Positions 38,545 through 48,457 of a DNA stretch of 64,000 nucleotides are shown piece after piece (position 1 is the first letter of the stretch; each line of letters starts with the position of its first letter). The DNA lies in contig JAFEDD010000023.1 of NCBI GenBank assembly GCA_018241765.1, forward strand, positions 49,596 through 113,595. The letters are read 5' to 3'. The position numbers were made by a program, and so were the translations under genes. Origin of the DNA: Pseudomonadota bacterium. Its GTDB lineage: Bacteria > Pseudomonadota > Gammaproteobacteria > Burkholderiales > Casimicrobiaceae. Under the pieces are notes generated by a model. The model searched no databases. It had not been told where the DNA came from and saw only the letters and a program-made list of their open reading frames with translations.

Positions 38545-38970
38545 ATGAACGGCACCACGCCCGACATTCCCTGGCAAGGCATCGTCACCGACGTCGCGGA
38601 GGCGCTGATCTACGCCGACCGCGACGGCATCATCCGCGTCTGGAATGCCCAGGCCGAAGCCGTGTTCGGCTTCAGCGCCGCCGAGGCGCTCGGCCAGAGC
38701 CTCGACCTGATCATCCCCGAACACTTGCGCGAGGCGCATTGGGTGGGCTGGCGCGCCGCACTCGAGCGCGGCCGCACCCGCCTTGGCGCGCAGATACGCA
38801 CGACGCGCGGGCTGCATCGCGAGGGGCGCAAGCTCTATGTGGACATGAGCTTCGCCGTCGTCCACGACGCCGAGGGCCGCGCCTGCGGCTCGGTCGCCAT
38901 GGCCCGCGACGCCACCGAGCGCTATCTCGCCGAGCGCGCCCGACGCGACACCGCCAAGCCCGGCGGCTGA
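38545..38970 (+). CDS. Stand-alone PAS-domain protein
   Basis: EALIYADRDGII..WNAQAEAVFGFSAAEALGQSLDLIIPE; no output domain. Confidence 0.85.
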   Translation: MNGTTPDIPWQGIVTDVAEALIYADRDGIIRVWNAQAEAVFGFSAAEALGQSLDLIIPEHLREAHWVGWRAALERGRTRLGAQIRTTRGLHREGRKLYVDMSFAVVHDAEGRACGSVAMARDATERYLAERARRDTAKPGG

Positions 38971-39118
38971 GCCGCGCCCGCCCGCCGCCCGCGAATCCGA
39001 CACCGGCCACGACCAACGCGCCGGCCATCGACAAAACATCAACAAAATCAACGCATTATGCAAATGCGCACGCCTTTCTTGGCTCGCGACGCGCATCCAT
39101 GCGATGTTTTTTCATAAC

Positions 39119-39232
39119 AACTTTTTCATGGAAGCACGTCCATAACAGGCTTGGAGCCCGTTTTCGCTTGATGTCGACTTTTGGCGTTTTCAGCTTCCAA
39201 GCCTGCTATAGACGTCATCGCAGTAAAAAGCT
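39119..39232. repeat. ~115 bp dispersed palindrome, copy C
   Basis: AACTTTTT...TCCATAACAGGCTT-23-dyad(39175/6)-23-AAGCCTGCTATAGACG...AAAAAGCT. Confidence 0.9.
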
Positions 39233-39383
39233 ATTGGCGCACACGATGTCCGCGCGGGCAGCGTGAGCACGAAACCGCACAAAAAAAGGCGTCACCCGGC
39301 AACCCCATCACCCGATCCGGCTCGTTTCAGTCACCAACGGCCCCGCATCGGGGCTCGCCCCGGCCCTCGGAAAGGAGCCCTCC

Positions 39384-40253
39384 ATGTTGCACAAAGCCTT
39401 GTTCGTCGCCGTCGCCGCCGCCACGGTCGCCCTCGCCGCGCCGACGCCGGCCGCCGCCGTCGGCCGCATCGCCGACGTCACCGTCTTCGACCGCGACACG
39501 GGTCGCACGCTGCCGATCTACACCTATCGCGGCGAGTACTGGGTCGCCGGACGGCCCGGCGCCAAGTACGCCATCTCGGTGCGCAACCTCGGTCCCGGCC
39601 GCATCCTGGCCGTGACCTCGGTCGACGGCGTCAACGTGGTGAGCGGGCAGACCGCCGGCATCAACCAGCCCGGCTACGTGTTCGATGGCTATCAGAGCTA
39701 CCAGATCGCCGGTTGGCGCAAGAGCAACGCGCAGATCGCCGCGTTCGAGTTCGTCGCCTCCGGCGCCTCCTACGCCGAGCGCACCGGACGGCCGGCCAAC
39801 GTCGGCGTCATCGGCGTCGCGGTGTTTCGCGAACTCGTGCGCCCGCCGCTGCCGGTCGAACCGCAGGTCTACCCGGGCTCGCCCTACGGGGGCGGCAAGG
39901 CGCAGGCCGATGGCGCACGCTCGGCTCCTTCGGCGGCAGTGCCAGCGCCGGCGCCTGCGGAATCTTCGGCCCCGATGAGCGAACCGCCCGCCGCAGCGAG
40001 CGCCAGAAGCGCCAACCGCGAGAAGCTCGGCACCGGTCACGGTGAGCGCGAATGGTCGTCGGCGACGACAACCGACTTCGAGCGCGCGAGGTCCAGCCCG
40101 AACGAAGTCATCAGCATCCGCTACGACAGCTACGACAACCTCGTCGCGATGGGCATCGTGCCGGCGCCGCGCCCGCCGTGGCCGCGCAGCCCGAACCCGT
40201 TCCCGAGTGACAACGGCTACGTGCCCGACCCGCCACCGCGCCATCGCTGGTAG
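39384..40253 (+). CDS. Exported hypothetical protein upstream of the ECF sigma factor
   Basis: RBS AAGGAG; signal peptide; SVDGVNV, NVGVIGVAVFRE, LGTGHG, IRYD motifs; Pro/Ala linker. Confidence 0.8.
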   Translation: MLHKALFVAVAAATVALAAPTPAAAVGRIADVTVFDRDTGRTLPIYTYRGEYWVAGRPGAKYAISVRNLGPGRILAVTSVDGVNVVSGQTAGINQPGYVFDGYQSYQIAGWRKSNAQIAAFEFVASGASYAERTGRPANVGVIGVAVFRELVRPPLPVEPQVYPGSPYGGGKAQADGARSAPSAAVPAPAPAESSAPMSEPPAAASARSANREKLGTGHGEREWSSATTTDFERARSSPNEVISIRYDSYDNLVAMGIVPAPRPPWPRSPNPFPSDNGYVPDPPPRHRW

Positions 40254-40300
40254 GCGGTGGGCTGGATGCTGGAGGCGGCCCCGCGTGGATAATCCCGCGC

Positions 40301-40888
40301 ATGGTCGCCGCCAGCGAAGACACCGACGAGACCCTGATGCGCCGCTACGCCGGAGGCGACATGAACGCATTTGCAGCCCTCTACGACCGCCACGAGCGCG
40401 CGCTGTGGCGCTTCGTGCTGCGCAGCGTCCAGAGCGCCGCCGTCGCCGATGATCTCGCGCAGGACGTCTGGTTCGCCGTCACCCGCGCCGCCCAGCGCTA
40501 CCAGCCGAGCGCCAAATTCCGCACCTGGCTCTTCACGATGGCGCGCAACCGCATCATCGATCACGCCCGCACCAGCAAACCCCACCACAGTCTCGACGCC
40601 GAGGGCGACGACGGCGAGCCGATGTTCTCCGAACTCGCGGCCGAGTCGCGCCTCGGCCCGCTGCGCGCCGTCAGCTCGCGCGAAGAAGCGCGCGCGCTGA
40701 TCGAGGCCATCGAGCAATTGCCGCCCGAGCAACGCGAAGCCTTCCTGCTGCAAGCCGAGGGCGACATGAGCGTCGAGGACATCGCCGCCGCCACCGGCGT
40801 CAGCTTCGAGACCGCCAAGAGCCGCCTGCGCTATGCGCGCAACAAGCTGAAGGCGCTGCTCGCCGATCACGCGCAGGCTCGGCCATGA
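40301..40888 (+). CDS. ECF RNA polymerase sigma factor
   Basis: Region 2 DLAQDVW...FRTWLFTMARNRIID; region 4 LPPEQREAFLL...ETAKSRLRYA. Confidence 0.95.
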   Translation: MVAASEDTDETLMRRYAGGDMNAFAALYDRHERALWRFVLRSVQSAAVADDLAQDVWFAVTRAAQRYQPSAKFRTWLFTMARNRIIDHARTSKPHHSLDAEGDDGEPMFSELAAESRLGPLRAVSSREEARALIEAIEQLPPEQREAFLLQAEGDMSVEDIAAATGVSFETAKSRLRYARNKLKALLADHAQARP

Positions 40889-41958
40889 GCGAACGCCGCG
40901 ACCCGCTGCTCGAAGCCTACGAGCGCGCCAGCGCGCTCGACGAGGCACGCCCGTCGCCCGCGTTGCGCGAGGCCGTGCTCGCCCAAGCCGCGCGCGCTGC
41001 CCAAGCCACCGCCGCGCCGCCGCTGCCGCCCGCGCGTGGTCTGCCCGAAGCCATCGTCAACCGCCCCGCCGCCAACCACGGCGCGTGGTACTGGCGCGCA
41101 GCCGCCGGCCTCGTGCTCGGCATCGTCGGTGTGTGGATGTATCGCCTCGGCAGCGCTCCGACGCCGGAAGCAAATGTCGCCCAAGCCCCCGTCGCGGCAC
41201 CGTCCCGCAGCACGGAGTCGGGCGCGGACGCGCCCAGCCAGACGGCCGAAATCGCCGCCAGCACCGCAGCAGGCGCCCCGCCGCCGCCGGCGGCCGAGCC
41301 TCGCACCGCCCTCGCCAGCGCCGCAGCGAGCCGCGCACCCGCTGCACGCGCGCCTGCGCAAGCCAAACCCGCAGCGACCGAGACGAGCGTCGCCGTCGCT
41401 GCCCCCCCGCCCCCACCCGCGCCAGCTGCGGCAGCCAGAGCCCGCGCGGCGCCCCCACCACCGGCATCCGCCGCAGCGCCGCCGCCGGAGCCATTTCCCG
41501 CCGACACCCGCGTCGCCGCCGCACCACAAGCGTCGGTGCGCGCGCCAACGGCACCCGCCGCCGCAGCGCCCTTCCCTTCCGCTTCAGTCGCCGCCGCACC
41601 CGCCGCCGCCAGCGAAGCGCCTTCCGAAGACCGGATCGCGCTCGCCGAAAGCGCCAAGCGTGCCGTTCGCCCCCGCAGCGTTGCGCCGGCGGCCAGCGAG
41701 ACCGCAGCCGTCGCGGAGCCGCCCGCCCAAGCAGCCCGCAGCGGCGACATGACACCCTCGATGCGCCAGGGCATGGCCAACGCCGCACTGTTCGCCGCGC
41801 TGCGCTCGGGAGAAGTGCAAGCCGTGCGCAGCGCCATGGCTCGCGGCGCCGACGTCAATGCCCGCGACGAGCACGGCCGCACGCCGCTACAGATCGCCCG
41901 CGAGGGCAATCACGTCGAAATCATCCGCCTGCTGGAAGCGGCCGGCGCGAAGCCGTGA
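40885..41958 (+). CDS. Putative anti-sigma factor: N-terminal domain, one TM, Ala/Pro linker, C-terminal ankyrin repeat
   Basis: ATGA overlap with the sigma gene; TM WYWRAAAGLVLGIVGVW; GADVNARDEHGRTPLQIA ankyrin signature. Confidence 0.75.
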   Translation: MSERRDPLLEAYERASALDEARPSPALREAVLAQAARAAQATAAPPLPPARGLPEAIVNRPAANHGAWYWRAAAGLVLGIVGVWMYRLGSAPTPEANVAQAPVAAPSRSTESGADAPSQTAEIAASTAAGAPPPPAAEPRTALASAAASRAPAARAPAQAKPAATETSVAVAAPPPPPAPAAAARARAAPPPPASAAAPPPEPFPADTRVAAAPQASVRAPTAPAAAAPFPSASVAAAPAAASEAPSEDRIALAESAKRAVRPRSVAPAASETAAVAEPPAQAARSGDMTPSMRQGMANAALFAALRSGEVQAVRSAMARGADVNARDEHGRTPLQIAREGNHVEIIRLLEAAGAKP

Positions 41959-41991
41959 GCGAAGCGCGATGCCGCGGGCTGCGGCACGGCA

Positions 41992-43263
41992 TTACGAGGC
42001 GCCAGTCGCGAACATCCCGACCACGGCGATGGCCATGACCAGCGTGGCGAGCCAGCCCAGCCAACGCAGGCGGCGCCCGATGACGAAGCGTCCCATCACG
42101 CGCGGGTTGGTGCCGAGCAGCATCATCACCACCATGATCGGCAGCGCGATGACGCCGTTGATGACGGCGCTCCAGTACAGCGCCTTGATCGGGTCGAGAT
42201 CGGTGAAATTGAGCGCAACCCCGCCCACCGTGGCCACGGCGATGATGCCGTAGAACTCCTTCGCTTCGTGCAGCTTCTTGTCGAGGCCGCTCTTCCAGTC
42301 GAAGCTCTCGACGACGGCGTAGGCGGCGGAACCGGCCAGCACCGGCACCGCGATCATGCCGGTGCCGATGATGCCGAGGCTGAACAGCAGGAAGGCGAAA
42401 TCGCCAGCGAGCGGCCGCAGCGCATCGGCCGCCTGCGCCGAGGTCTGGATGTCGGTGATGCCGGCGCGATGGAGCGTGGCCGCCGCGGAGAGGATGATGA
42501 AGAAGGCGATGACGTTGGAGAACGCCATGCCGACATACGTGTCCCAGCGGATGCGGCGCAGGTGCCCACGCATCGCGTCTTGGCTGATCGGCTCGCCGCG
42601 TTCGCGCACCGCACGCAGGTCCTCCATCTCCTGCGCTGCCTGCCAGAAGAAGAGATACGGGCTGATCGTGGTGCCAAAAATGGCCACGATCATCGTCACC
42701 GTGTCGCGGTTCCACGCGAGCGTCGGCCACACGACGCGCGAGGCGACCTCGAACCACGGCACCTGCACGGTGAAGGCAACGGCCACGTAGGCGAGCAGCG
42801 CAAGCGTCAGCCACTTCAGGTAGCGCACATAGCGCTCGTACGACAGAAACACTTGCAGCACGAGGCACAGCAGCCCGAAGGTGACCGAGTAGACGTGCTC
42901 GGAGCCGCCGAGCAACAGCCGCAGCGCCTCGCCCATCGCCGCGATGTCGGCGGCGATGTTGATGGTGTTGGCGATCAGCAGCAAGCCGACGATGGCATAG
43001 AGCACCGAGCGGGGAAACTGCGCCTTGATGTTTGCGGCGAGCCCTTGCCCCGTCAGGCAGCCCAGGCGCGCGCTGATCATCTGGATGCCGCTCATCAGCG
43101 GCCAGGTCAACACGACGGTCCACAGCAGGTTGAAACCGAACTGCGCACCGCCTTGCGAATAGGTGGCGATGCCGCTCGGGTCGTCGTCTGCCGCGCCGGT
43201 GATGAGGCCGGGACCGAGTTGCTTCAGGCGCGCGCTGGCGGCGAGTTTTTTCAGAGGTTCCAT
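41992..43263 (-). CDS. NRAMP-family divalent metal transporter
   Basis: LGPGLITGAADDDPSGIATYSQ, FGTTISPYLFFWQ. Confidence 0.92.
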   Translation of the reverse strand: MEPLKKLAASARLKQLGPGLITGAADDDPSGIATYSQGGAQFGFNLLWTVVLTWPLMSGIQMISARLGCLTGQGLAANIKAQFPRSVLYAIVGLLLIANTINIAADIAAMGEALRLLLGGSEHVYSVTFGLLCLVLQVFLSYERYVRYLKWLTLALLAYVAVAFTVQVPWFEVASRVVWPTLAWNRDTVTMIVAIFGTTISPYLFFWQAAQEMEDLRAVRERGEPISQDAMRGHLRRIRWDTYVGMAFSNVIAFFIILSAAATLHRAGITDIQTSAQAADALRPLAGDFAFLLFSLGIIGTGMIAVPVLAGSAAYAVVESFDWKSGLDKKLHEAKEFYGIIAVATVGGVALNFTDLDPIKALYWSAVINGVIALPIMVVMMLLGTNPRVMGRFVIGRRLRWLGWLATLVMAIAVVGMFATGAS

Positions 43264-43428
43264 CGCGTTGCAGCCCGGACGAGATCAGATACGAGACGTC
43301 GCGACGTGCAACGCGAGGGTGCGAGTGCCCGCAATGCAGGGGGAGCATCCGGCACCCGCGCGCTCAGTGTGCGCGCGACTGGCTGACCGGCGACTGACCT
43401 GCGGCCGCTGCCCGCGCTTGGCTCCCCG

Positions 43429-46400
43429 TCAGGCCGGTCGCCGCACCCGATACCACGCCGCGTAGATGGCGGGTACCGCGAGGATGGTGAGCACGGTGGC
43501 GACGATCAGCCCGGCCATGATGGCCACCGCCATCGGCCCCCACAGCACGCTGCGGGTGAGCGGAATCATCGCCAGCACGGCGGCCGCCGCCGTCAGCGCG
43601 ATCGGTCGGAAGCGCCGCACGGCCGCCTCGCGCGCGGCCTCCCACGGATGTGTGCCGTGCTGCGCGATGTCCTGCTTGATCTGGTCGATCAGGATGATCG
43701 TGTTGCGCATGATGATGCCCATCAGCGCGATCAGGCCAAGCATCGCGACGAAGCCGAAGGGCTGACGGAACGTGAGCAGCCCGAGCGCCACACCCACGAC
43801 GCCGAACGGCGCCGTGATCAGCACCATCGCCGCCAGCGAGAAGCGTTGCAGTTGCAGCATCAAGAGCGCCAGCCAGACGAAGATCATCAGCGGCACGCCC
43901 ACCGCGATGGAGCCTTGGGCCGTGTTGTTCTCTTCATACGCGCCGCCCGCTTCGATGCGATAGCCGGGCGGCAGCGCCGCGCGCAACGCGTCGAGTTGCG
44001 GTTCGATCTGCGCCGATACGTCCGGCGCCTGCACGCCGGCGCGAATGTCGGAGCGCACGGCGAGCGTCGGCACCCGCGAATAGCGACGTATGATCGGCTC
44101 TTCCATGACCTGGCGCACGCTCGCCACTTGCGTCAGCGGCACCGTTCGGCCGCTGGCGGTCGGCACCTGCAGGTCGCCGATCTGCGCGAGCGCCACCCGC
44201 TCGGCCGGCGTGCCGCGCAACACGACATCGATCAGCCGATCGCGCTCGCGGTACTGACCGATCGTCGCGCCCGACACCGCGCCGCCGAGCGCACGCGCAA
44301 CGCCCAGTGAGCTGACGCCGAGCGCGCGCGCGCGATCCTGATCGACCTCGATCTCGATGGCGGGCGAGCGGTCACCCCAGTCGGTGTTGACTTCGACCGT
44401 CTGCGGATGTCGGCGCATGACGACGGCGACCTGCTCGCCGATTGCCTTGAGCCGTGCGATGTCGGGGCCGCTGACGCGAAAGATGACCGGATAGGCCACC
44501 GGCGGGCCGAGCGGCGTGCGCAGCGCGCGCCCGCGCACGCCCGGGAAGCGCTCGTCGAGCGCGTGCTGCAGCTTGAGCGCCACGCGATCGCGGGCAGCCA
44601 CGTTGTCGGTGAGGATCAGCGTGTGCGCGAAGTTCGGCCGGAACAGCTCCTGGTTGAGCGACAGGAAAAAGCGCGGCAGGGACATGCCGACACTGGTGAC
44701 GTAGGTGTGCACGTCGGGGTCGGCCTTCAGGATCGCTTCGAGCTGCGCCACACGCGCCTCGGTCGCCTGAAAGCTCGAACCCTCGGGCAGCCACATCTCG
44801 ACCATCACCTCGGTGCGATCACTGGTCGGGAAGAACTGCTTCTCGGTGAATCCCATGCCGATGACGCCCACCGCGAGGCTCGCGACGGTCACCGCGATGG
44901 TGATCCAGCGGTGTTCGATGCAGGCGTCGATCGCGCGGCGCAGGCGCACATAGAACGGTGTGTCGAAATGCTCGTGCGGCTCGCCCGCTGCGGTGGCGTT
45001 CTTGGGCGTGCGCAGCAACCAGTAACCAAAGAGCGGCGTCGCGATGATGGCGGCAAACCACGAGATGACCAGCGCGAGCGTGGTCACGCTGAAGAGGCCG
45101 AAGGTGTATTCGCCGGTGGCCGACTTGGCGGTGGCGATCGGCAGGAACCCCGCCGCCGTGACCAGCGTGCCCGAGAGCATCGGCCACGCCGTGCTGGCGT
45201 AGGCGAAGGTGGCTGAGGCGAACTTGTCGAAGCCTTCCTCGAGCTTGCGCACCATCATTTCGACGACGATCATCGCATCGTCGACGAGAAGGCCGAGCGC
45301 CACGATCAGCGCACCCGTCGAGATGCGGTGCAGGTCGATGCCGAACACGCGCATCGCCAGAAACGTCGCCAGCAGCACGAACGGAATGGTCAGCGCGACC
45401 ACTGCGCCGGCACGCCAACCGAGTGACAGAAAGCTCACCGCGAGCACGATGGCGACGGCTTCCAGCAGCGAGCGCATGAAGGTACCCACCGCCTCCTTGA
45501 CCACGCGGGGCTGGTCGCTGACCTGATGAAATTCGATGCCCACCGGCAGATCGCGCACGATGCGCGCCATCTCGGCATTGAGGTTGGTTCCGAGGCGCAG
45601 CACGTCGCCGTCGCTCTTCATCGACACGGCGAGCGCAATGGCCGGCCGCCCGCCGAAGCGGATCGTCTGCACCGGCGGGTCGGCGTAGCCGCGACGAACC
45701 TCGGCGATGTCACCGAGGCGAATCAGCCGCGGCGGCGTGCCCGGCACCGCGAGTTGCAGTTCACGCACCGCCGCCACCGAATCGAAGTTGCCGGTGACGC
45801 GCAACGCCACCGCGTTGTCGCGTGTCTGCACGACGCCAGCCGGGGCAACCGCGTTTTGCGCCTGCAATTGCTGCGCGATGGCATTGCCGTCGATACCGAG
45901 TGCGGCGAGCTTCGCGTTGGCGATCTCGACGTAGATCTTGTCGTCGACGACGCCCACCAGCTCGATCTTGGACACATCGGGCAGCCGCAGCAGTTCGCGG
46001 CGCACGTCCTCCACGCGGTCACGCAGCTCGGAGAGCGTGAAGCCGTCGCCGGTGAAGGCGTAGATGGAGCCGAAAACATCGCCGAATTCATCGTTGAAGA
46101 ACGGCCCCTGCACATCGGGCGGCAACGTGTAGCGAATGTCGCCGATCTTCTTTCGGACCTGATACCAGAGCGCCTGGATTTCCGCCCGTGGCGCCGTGTC
46201 CTTCAGTTCGAGCACGATCATCGATTCGCCCGGCTTCGAGTAGCTCTGCGTGCGCTTGAAGTGGGGCATCTCCTGCAATTTCTTCTCGATGCGGTCGGTC
46301 ACCTGCGCGTCGACCTGCGCCGTCGTGGCGCCGGGCCACAGCGTGCGCACGGTGATCGCACGGAACGTGAAGTCCGGGTCCTCGCGCTGCCCGAGCTGAA

Positions 46401-46521
46401 AGTACGCCGCGAGCCCCGCGATGGCGATCGCGAGGATGAAGAAGATCGTCAGTTGCTTGTGCCGGATGGCGGCGGCGGAGACGTTGAAGCGCCCGCCGTC
46501 CGGCAGATTGGGGCCGGTCAT
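43429..46521 (-). CDS. RND efflux permease (AcrB/AcrD/AcrF family)
   Basis: GQREDPDF, GLLVDDA, NTIILID, RFRPIALT; start at MTGPNL overlapping the adaptor stop. Confidence 0.93.
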   Translation of the reverse strand: MTGPNLPDGGRFNVSAAAIRHKQLTIFFILAIAIAGLAAYFQLGQREDPDFTFRAITVRTLWPGATTAQVDAQVTDRIEKKLQEMPHFKRTQSYSKPGESMIVLELKDTAPRAEIQALWYQVRKKIGDIRYTLPPDVQGPFFNDEFGDVFGSIYAFTGDGFTLSELRDRVEDVRRELLRLPDVSKIELVGVVDDKIYVEIANAKLAALGIDGNAIAQQLQAQNAVAPAGVVQTRDNAVALRVTGNFDSVAAVRELQLAVPGTPPRLIRLGDIAEVRRGYADPPVQTIRFGGRPAIALAVSMKSDGDVLRLGTNLNAEMARIVRDLPVGIEFHQVSDQPRVVKEAVGTFMRSLLEAVAIVLAVSFLSLGWRAGAVVALTIPFVLLATFLAMRVFGIDLHRISTGALIVALGLLVDDAMIVVEMMVRKLEEGFDKFASATFAYASTAWPMLSGTLVTAAGFLPIATAKSATGEYTFGLFSVTTLALVISWFAAIIATPLFGYWLLRTPKNATAAGEPHEHFDTPFYVRLRRAIDACIEHRWITIAVTVASLAVGVIGMGFTEKQFFPTSDRTEVMVEMWLPEGSSFQATEARVAQLEAILKADPDVHTYVTSVGMSLPRFFLSLNQELFRPNFAHTLILTDNVAARDRVALKLQHALDERFPGVRGRALRTPLGPPVAYPVIFRVSGPDIARLKAIGEQVAVVMRRHPQTVEVNTDWGDRSPAIEIEVDQDRARALGVSSLGVARALGGAVSGATIGQYRERDRLIDVVLRGTPAERVALAQIGDLQVPTASGRTVPLTQVASVRQVMEEPIIRRYSRVPTLAVRSDIRAGVQAPDVSAQIEPQLDALRAALPPGYRIEAGGAYEENNTAQGSIAVGVPLMIFVWLALLMLQLQRFSLAAMVLITAPFGVVGVALGLLTFRQPFGFVAMLGLIALMGIIMRNTIILIDQIKQDIAQHGTHPWEAAREAAVRRFRPIALTAAAAVLAMIPLTRSVLWGPMAVAIMAGLIVATVLTILAVPAIYAAWYRVRRPA

Positions 46522-47669
46522 GGTTTGCTCGCGGGAGTTTCGGCGGCCGCTGCCGTGCGGGTGGCGGGCGCGGCGTCGAGCAGACGTACCTTCTGCCCCG
46601 GCAGCAACAAGTTGGCGCCAGCAGTGACGACCACATCGCCCGGTTTCAGGCCCGATGCGATCGCCACGCCGTCGGCCGTGCTCTCGCCGAGTTTGACCTC
46701 GACCGCGCGCACCGTCTCCGTCGCCCGATCGACGACCCACACGCGCGGCGTGTTGTCGCGCGTGTAGAGCGCCGTGTTGGGCACCACGATGGCCTGCTCG
46801 GAGGCGAGATCGAGACGCACGGTGGCGCTCATGCCGAGCTTCAGCGCGTCATCGGCGTCGCTGATGGCGAGCCGTGCGGCATAGGTGCGGCTGGCCGGGT
46901 CGGCCGCCGGCGCCAGCTCGCGCAGCGTGGCGCGGTAGAGCTTGCCGGGCACGGCGTCGACGTGCGCCGTGAAGCCGCGCGCCTGCCGCATCAGCGCCAC
47001 CGAGCGCTCCGGGACGTTGACGACGAATTCCTTCTCACCCAGTTGCGCGACGCGCACCACGCTCTGCCCCGCCGCCACCACGCTGCCTGCCTCCGCATCG
47101 ATGGCCACGACGACGCCGTCGCGGTCGGCCTTCAGCGTCTGGAAGGCGAGACCATTCTGCGCGTTGGCCAACTGCGATTGCGCCGCCTTGAGGCGCGCAC
47201 TCGCGGCCTCGGTCGCCGCACTCTGCCGCTCCAGCGCGGCGCCGGAGACGAAGCCGCGGTCGCGCAATTCCTTCTGGCGCTTGAGCTCGCTTTGCTGCAA
47301 CTGCCAGTCGGTTCGCGCCACATCGACCTGCGCCGCCTGAGCGTGGATCGCCGGCATCACGTCAGCCGAATCGAGCACGGCGAGCGCCTGCCCGGCGCGG
47401 ACCCCCTGCCCGACGTCGACCAGTCGCCGCGCGATCTTTCCGGGCACGCGAAAGCCGTAGCGCTGCTCGTAGCGCGGGCGGACTTCGCCGGGCAGGTAAT
47501 TGACGTCGGCCAGTGCGCTCATGCCAACCTGCAAGGTGCGCACCGGGCGCGGCGGCTCGGCCTTGGCGGGGGCGGAAGCGGCTTTCGCGTCGTCGGCGCT
47601 GCCGCAACCGCCGAGCGCGAGCGCGGCCAGCAGCGGCACGAAAAGGAGGGTGACGGAGGAGAGTTTCAT
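46518..47669 (-). CDS. RND periplasmic adaptor (membrane fusion lipoprotein)
   Basis: Lipobox LGGC; GFRVPGKI...VGQ; ADPASRTY; LKLGMSA; start at MKLSSV after GAGG-like RBS. Confidence 0.92.
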   Translation of the reverse strand: MKLSSVTLLFVPLLAALALGGCGSADDAKAASAPAKAEPPRPVRTLQVGMSALADVNYLPGEVRPRYEQRYGFRVPGKIARRLVDVGQGVRAGQALAVLDSADVMPAIHAQAAQVDVARTDWQLQQSELKRQKELRDRGFVSGAALERQSAATEAASARLKAAQSQLANAQNGLAFQTLKADRDGVVVAIDAEAGSVVAAGQSVVRVAQLGEKEFVVNVPERSVALMRQARGFTAHVDAVPGKLYRATLRELAPAADPASRTYAARLAISDADDALKLGMSATVRLDLASEQAIVVPNTALYTRDNTPRVWVVDRATETVRAVEVKLGESTADGVAIASGLKPGDVVVTAGANLLLPGQKVRLLDAAPATRTAAAAETPASKP

Positions 47670-48442
47670 GGTTGAGGTGGGGTCGTGTCGCGGTTGAATT
47701 CGGGGAGGCCGGTGGCGCGGCTCATGGCCTCCACCGTGCTGTCGGGGATGCCTGCCACGTGCGCCCAGTAGCGGATCAGCGCCAGCGATGCTTCCTGTTG
47801 GTAGGTGCCCAGGCCGGGCAGCACCGGGCAGCGGAGGTCGGAATCGCTGCGCTCGTGGCGCAGGGAATGGAGCCCGATCATCAGCGCGTAGCTGTGCTTG
47901 AGGAGCCGCACGCCCTCGCCCGGCGCCAGGCGCGGCAGATGGCGTTCGAGCTCGGCGCCCGCGGTGAGCAGCCAGCCGACGAGCCGGCTCTGGAAGTTGG
48001 CGGCCGCCTCGGCGGGCACCGCGTTCGGCGCGAAGCCGATGCAGCACGCGCCAAGCGCCATGTGCGTCGGATCGTCGATCATGTGCCGGCGAGCAAGCGC
48101 GTGGATATCCTCGAAGCGAAACGGCGCCTCTCCCTGCAAGCGCTCGATCAGGGCGGTGAAGAACATCTCCTCGTGGCGCAGATGCAGCGCCAGGTACATC
48201 TCTTCCTTGGTCTGGAAGTAGAGGTAGACGGTGCCCTTGGCGAGGCCGGCCGCCTCGGCGACGTCGGCGACGTTGGCCAGTTCGTTGCGCTCGGCGAAGA
48301 GCCGCTCGGCGGCATCGAGAATGGCCTGTCGCCGCGCTTCCTTGTCGTCGCCGTCGACCGCGCGCACGCGCGGACGGCCACCGCCGGCGTCGCGCCCGAG
48401 GTTGGCCGCGCAAACGGCGGAACAGAGTTTGAAGCGTGTCAT
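47666..48442 (-). CDS. TetR/AcrR-family regulator
   Basis: ILDAAERLF...VAEAAGLAKGTVYLYFQTKEE. Confidence 0.93.
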   Translation of the reverse strand: MTRFKLCSAVCAANLGRDAGGGRPRVRAVDGDDKEARRQAILDAAERLFAERNELANVADVAEAAGLAKGTVYLYFQTKEEMYLALHLRHEEMFFTALIERLQGEAPFRFEDIHALARRHMIDDPTHMALGACCIGFAPNAVPAEAAANFQSRLVGWLLTAGAELERHLPRLAPGEGVRLLKHSYALMIGLHSLRHERSDSDLRCPVLPGLGTYQQEASLALIRYWAHVAGIPDSTVEAMSRATGLPEFNRDTTPPQP

Positions 48443-48457
48443 GGCGCGTCCTCGATT

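Noticed and set aside
39271-39327. ECF-type promoter (GAAAC or AAC ... CGT) upstream of the exported protein
   Set aside because: The candidate spacings are 14 and 19 bp, outside the usual 16-17 bp, so it is not supportable by eye.
43429-46740. N-terminal extensions in the ORF track (RND permease, adaptor 46518-48413, ppa, exbB, LacI, DctP, cyt b fusion 16206)
   Set aside because: They are upstream in-frame read-through overlapping neighbouring genes or promoters; downstream starts with an RBS or 4 bp overlap fit better. They are not real fusions.
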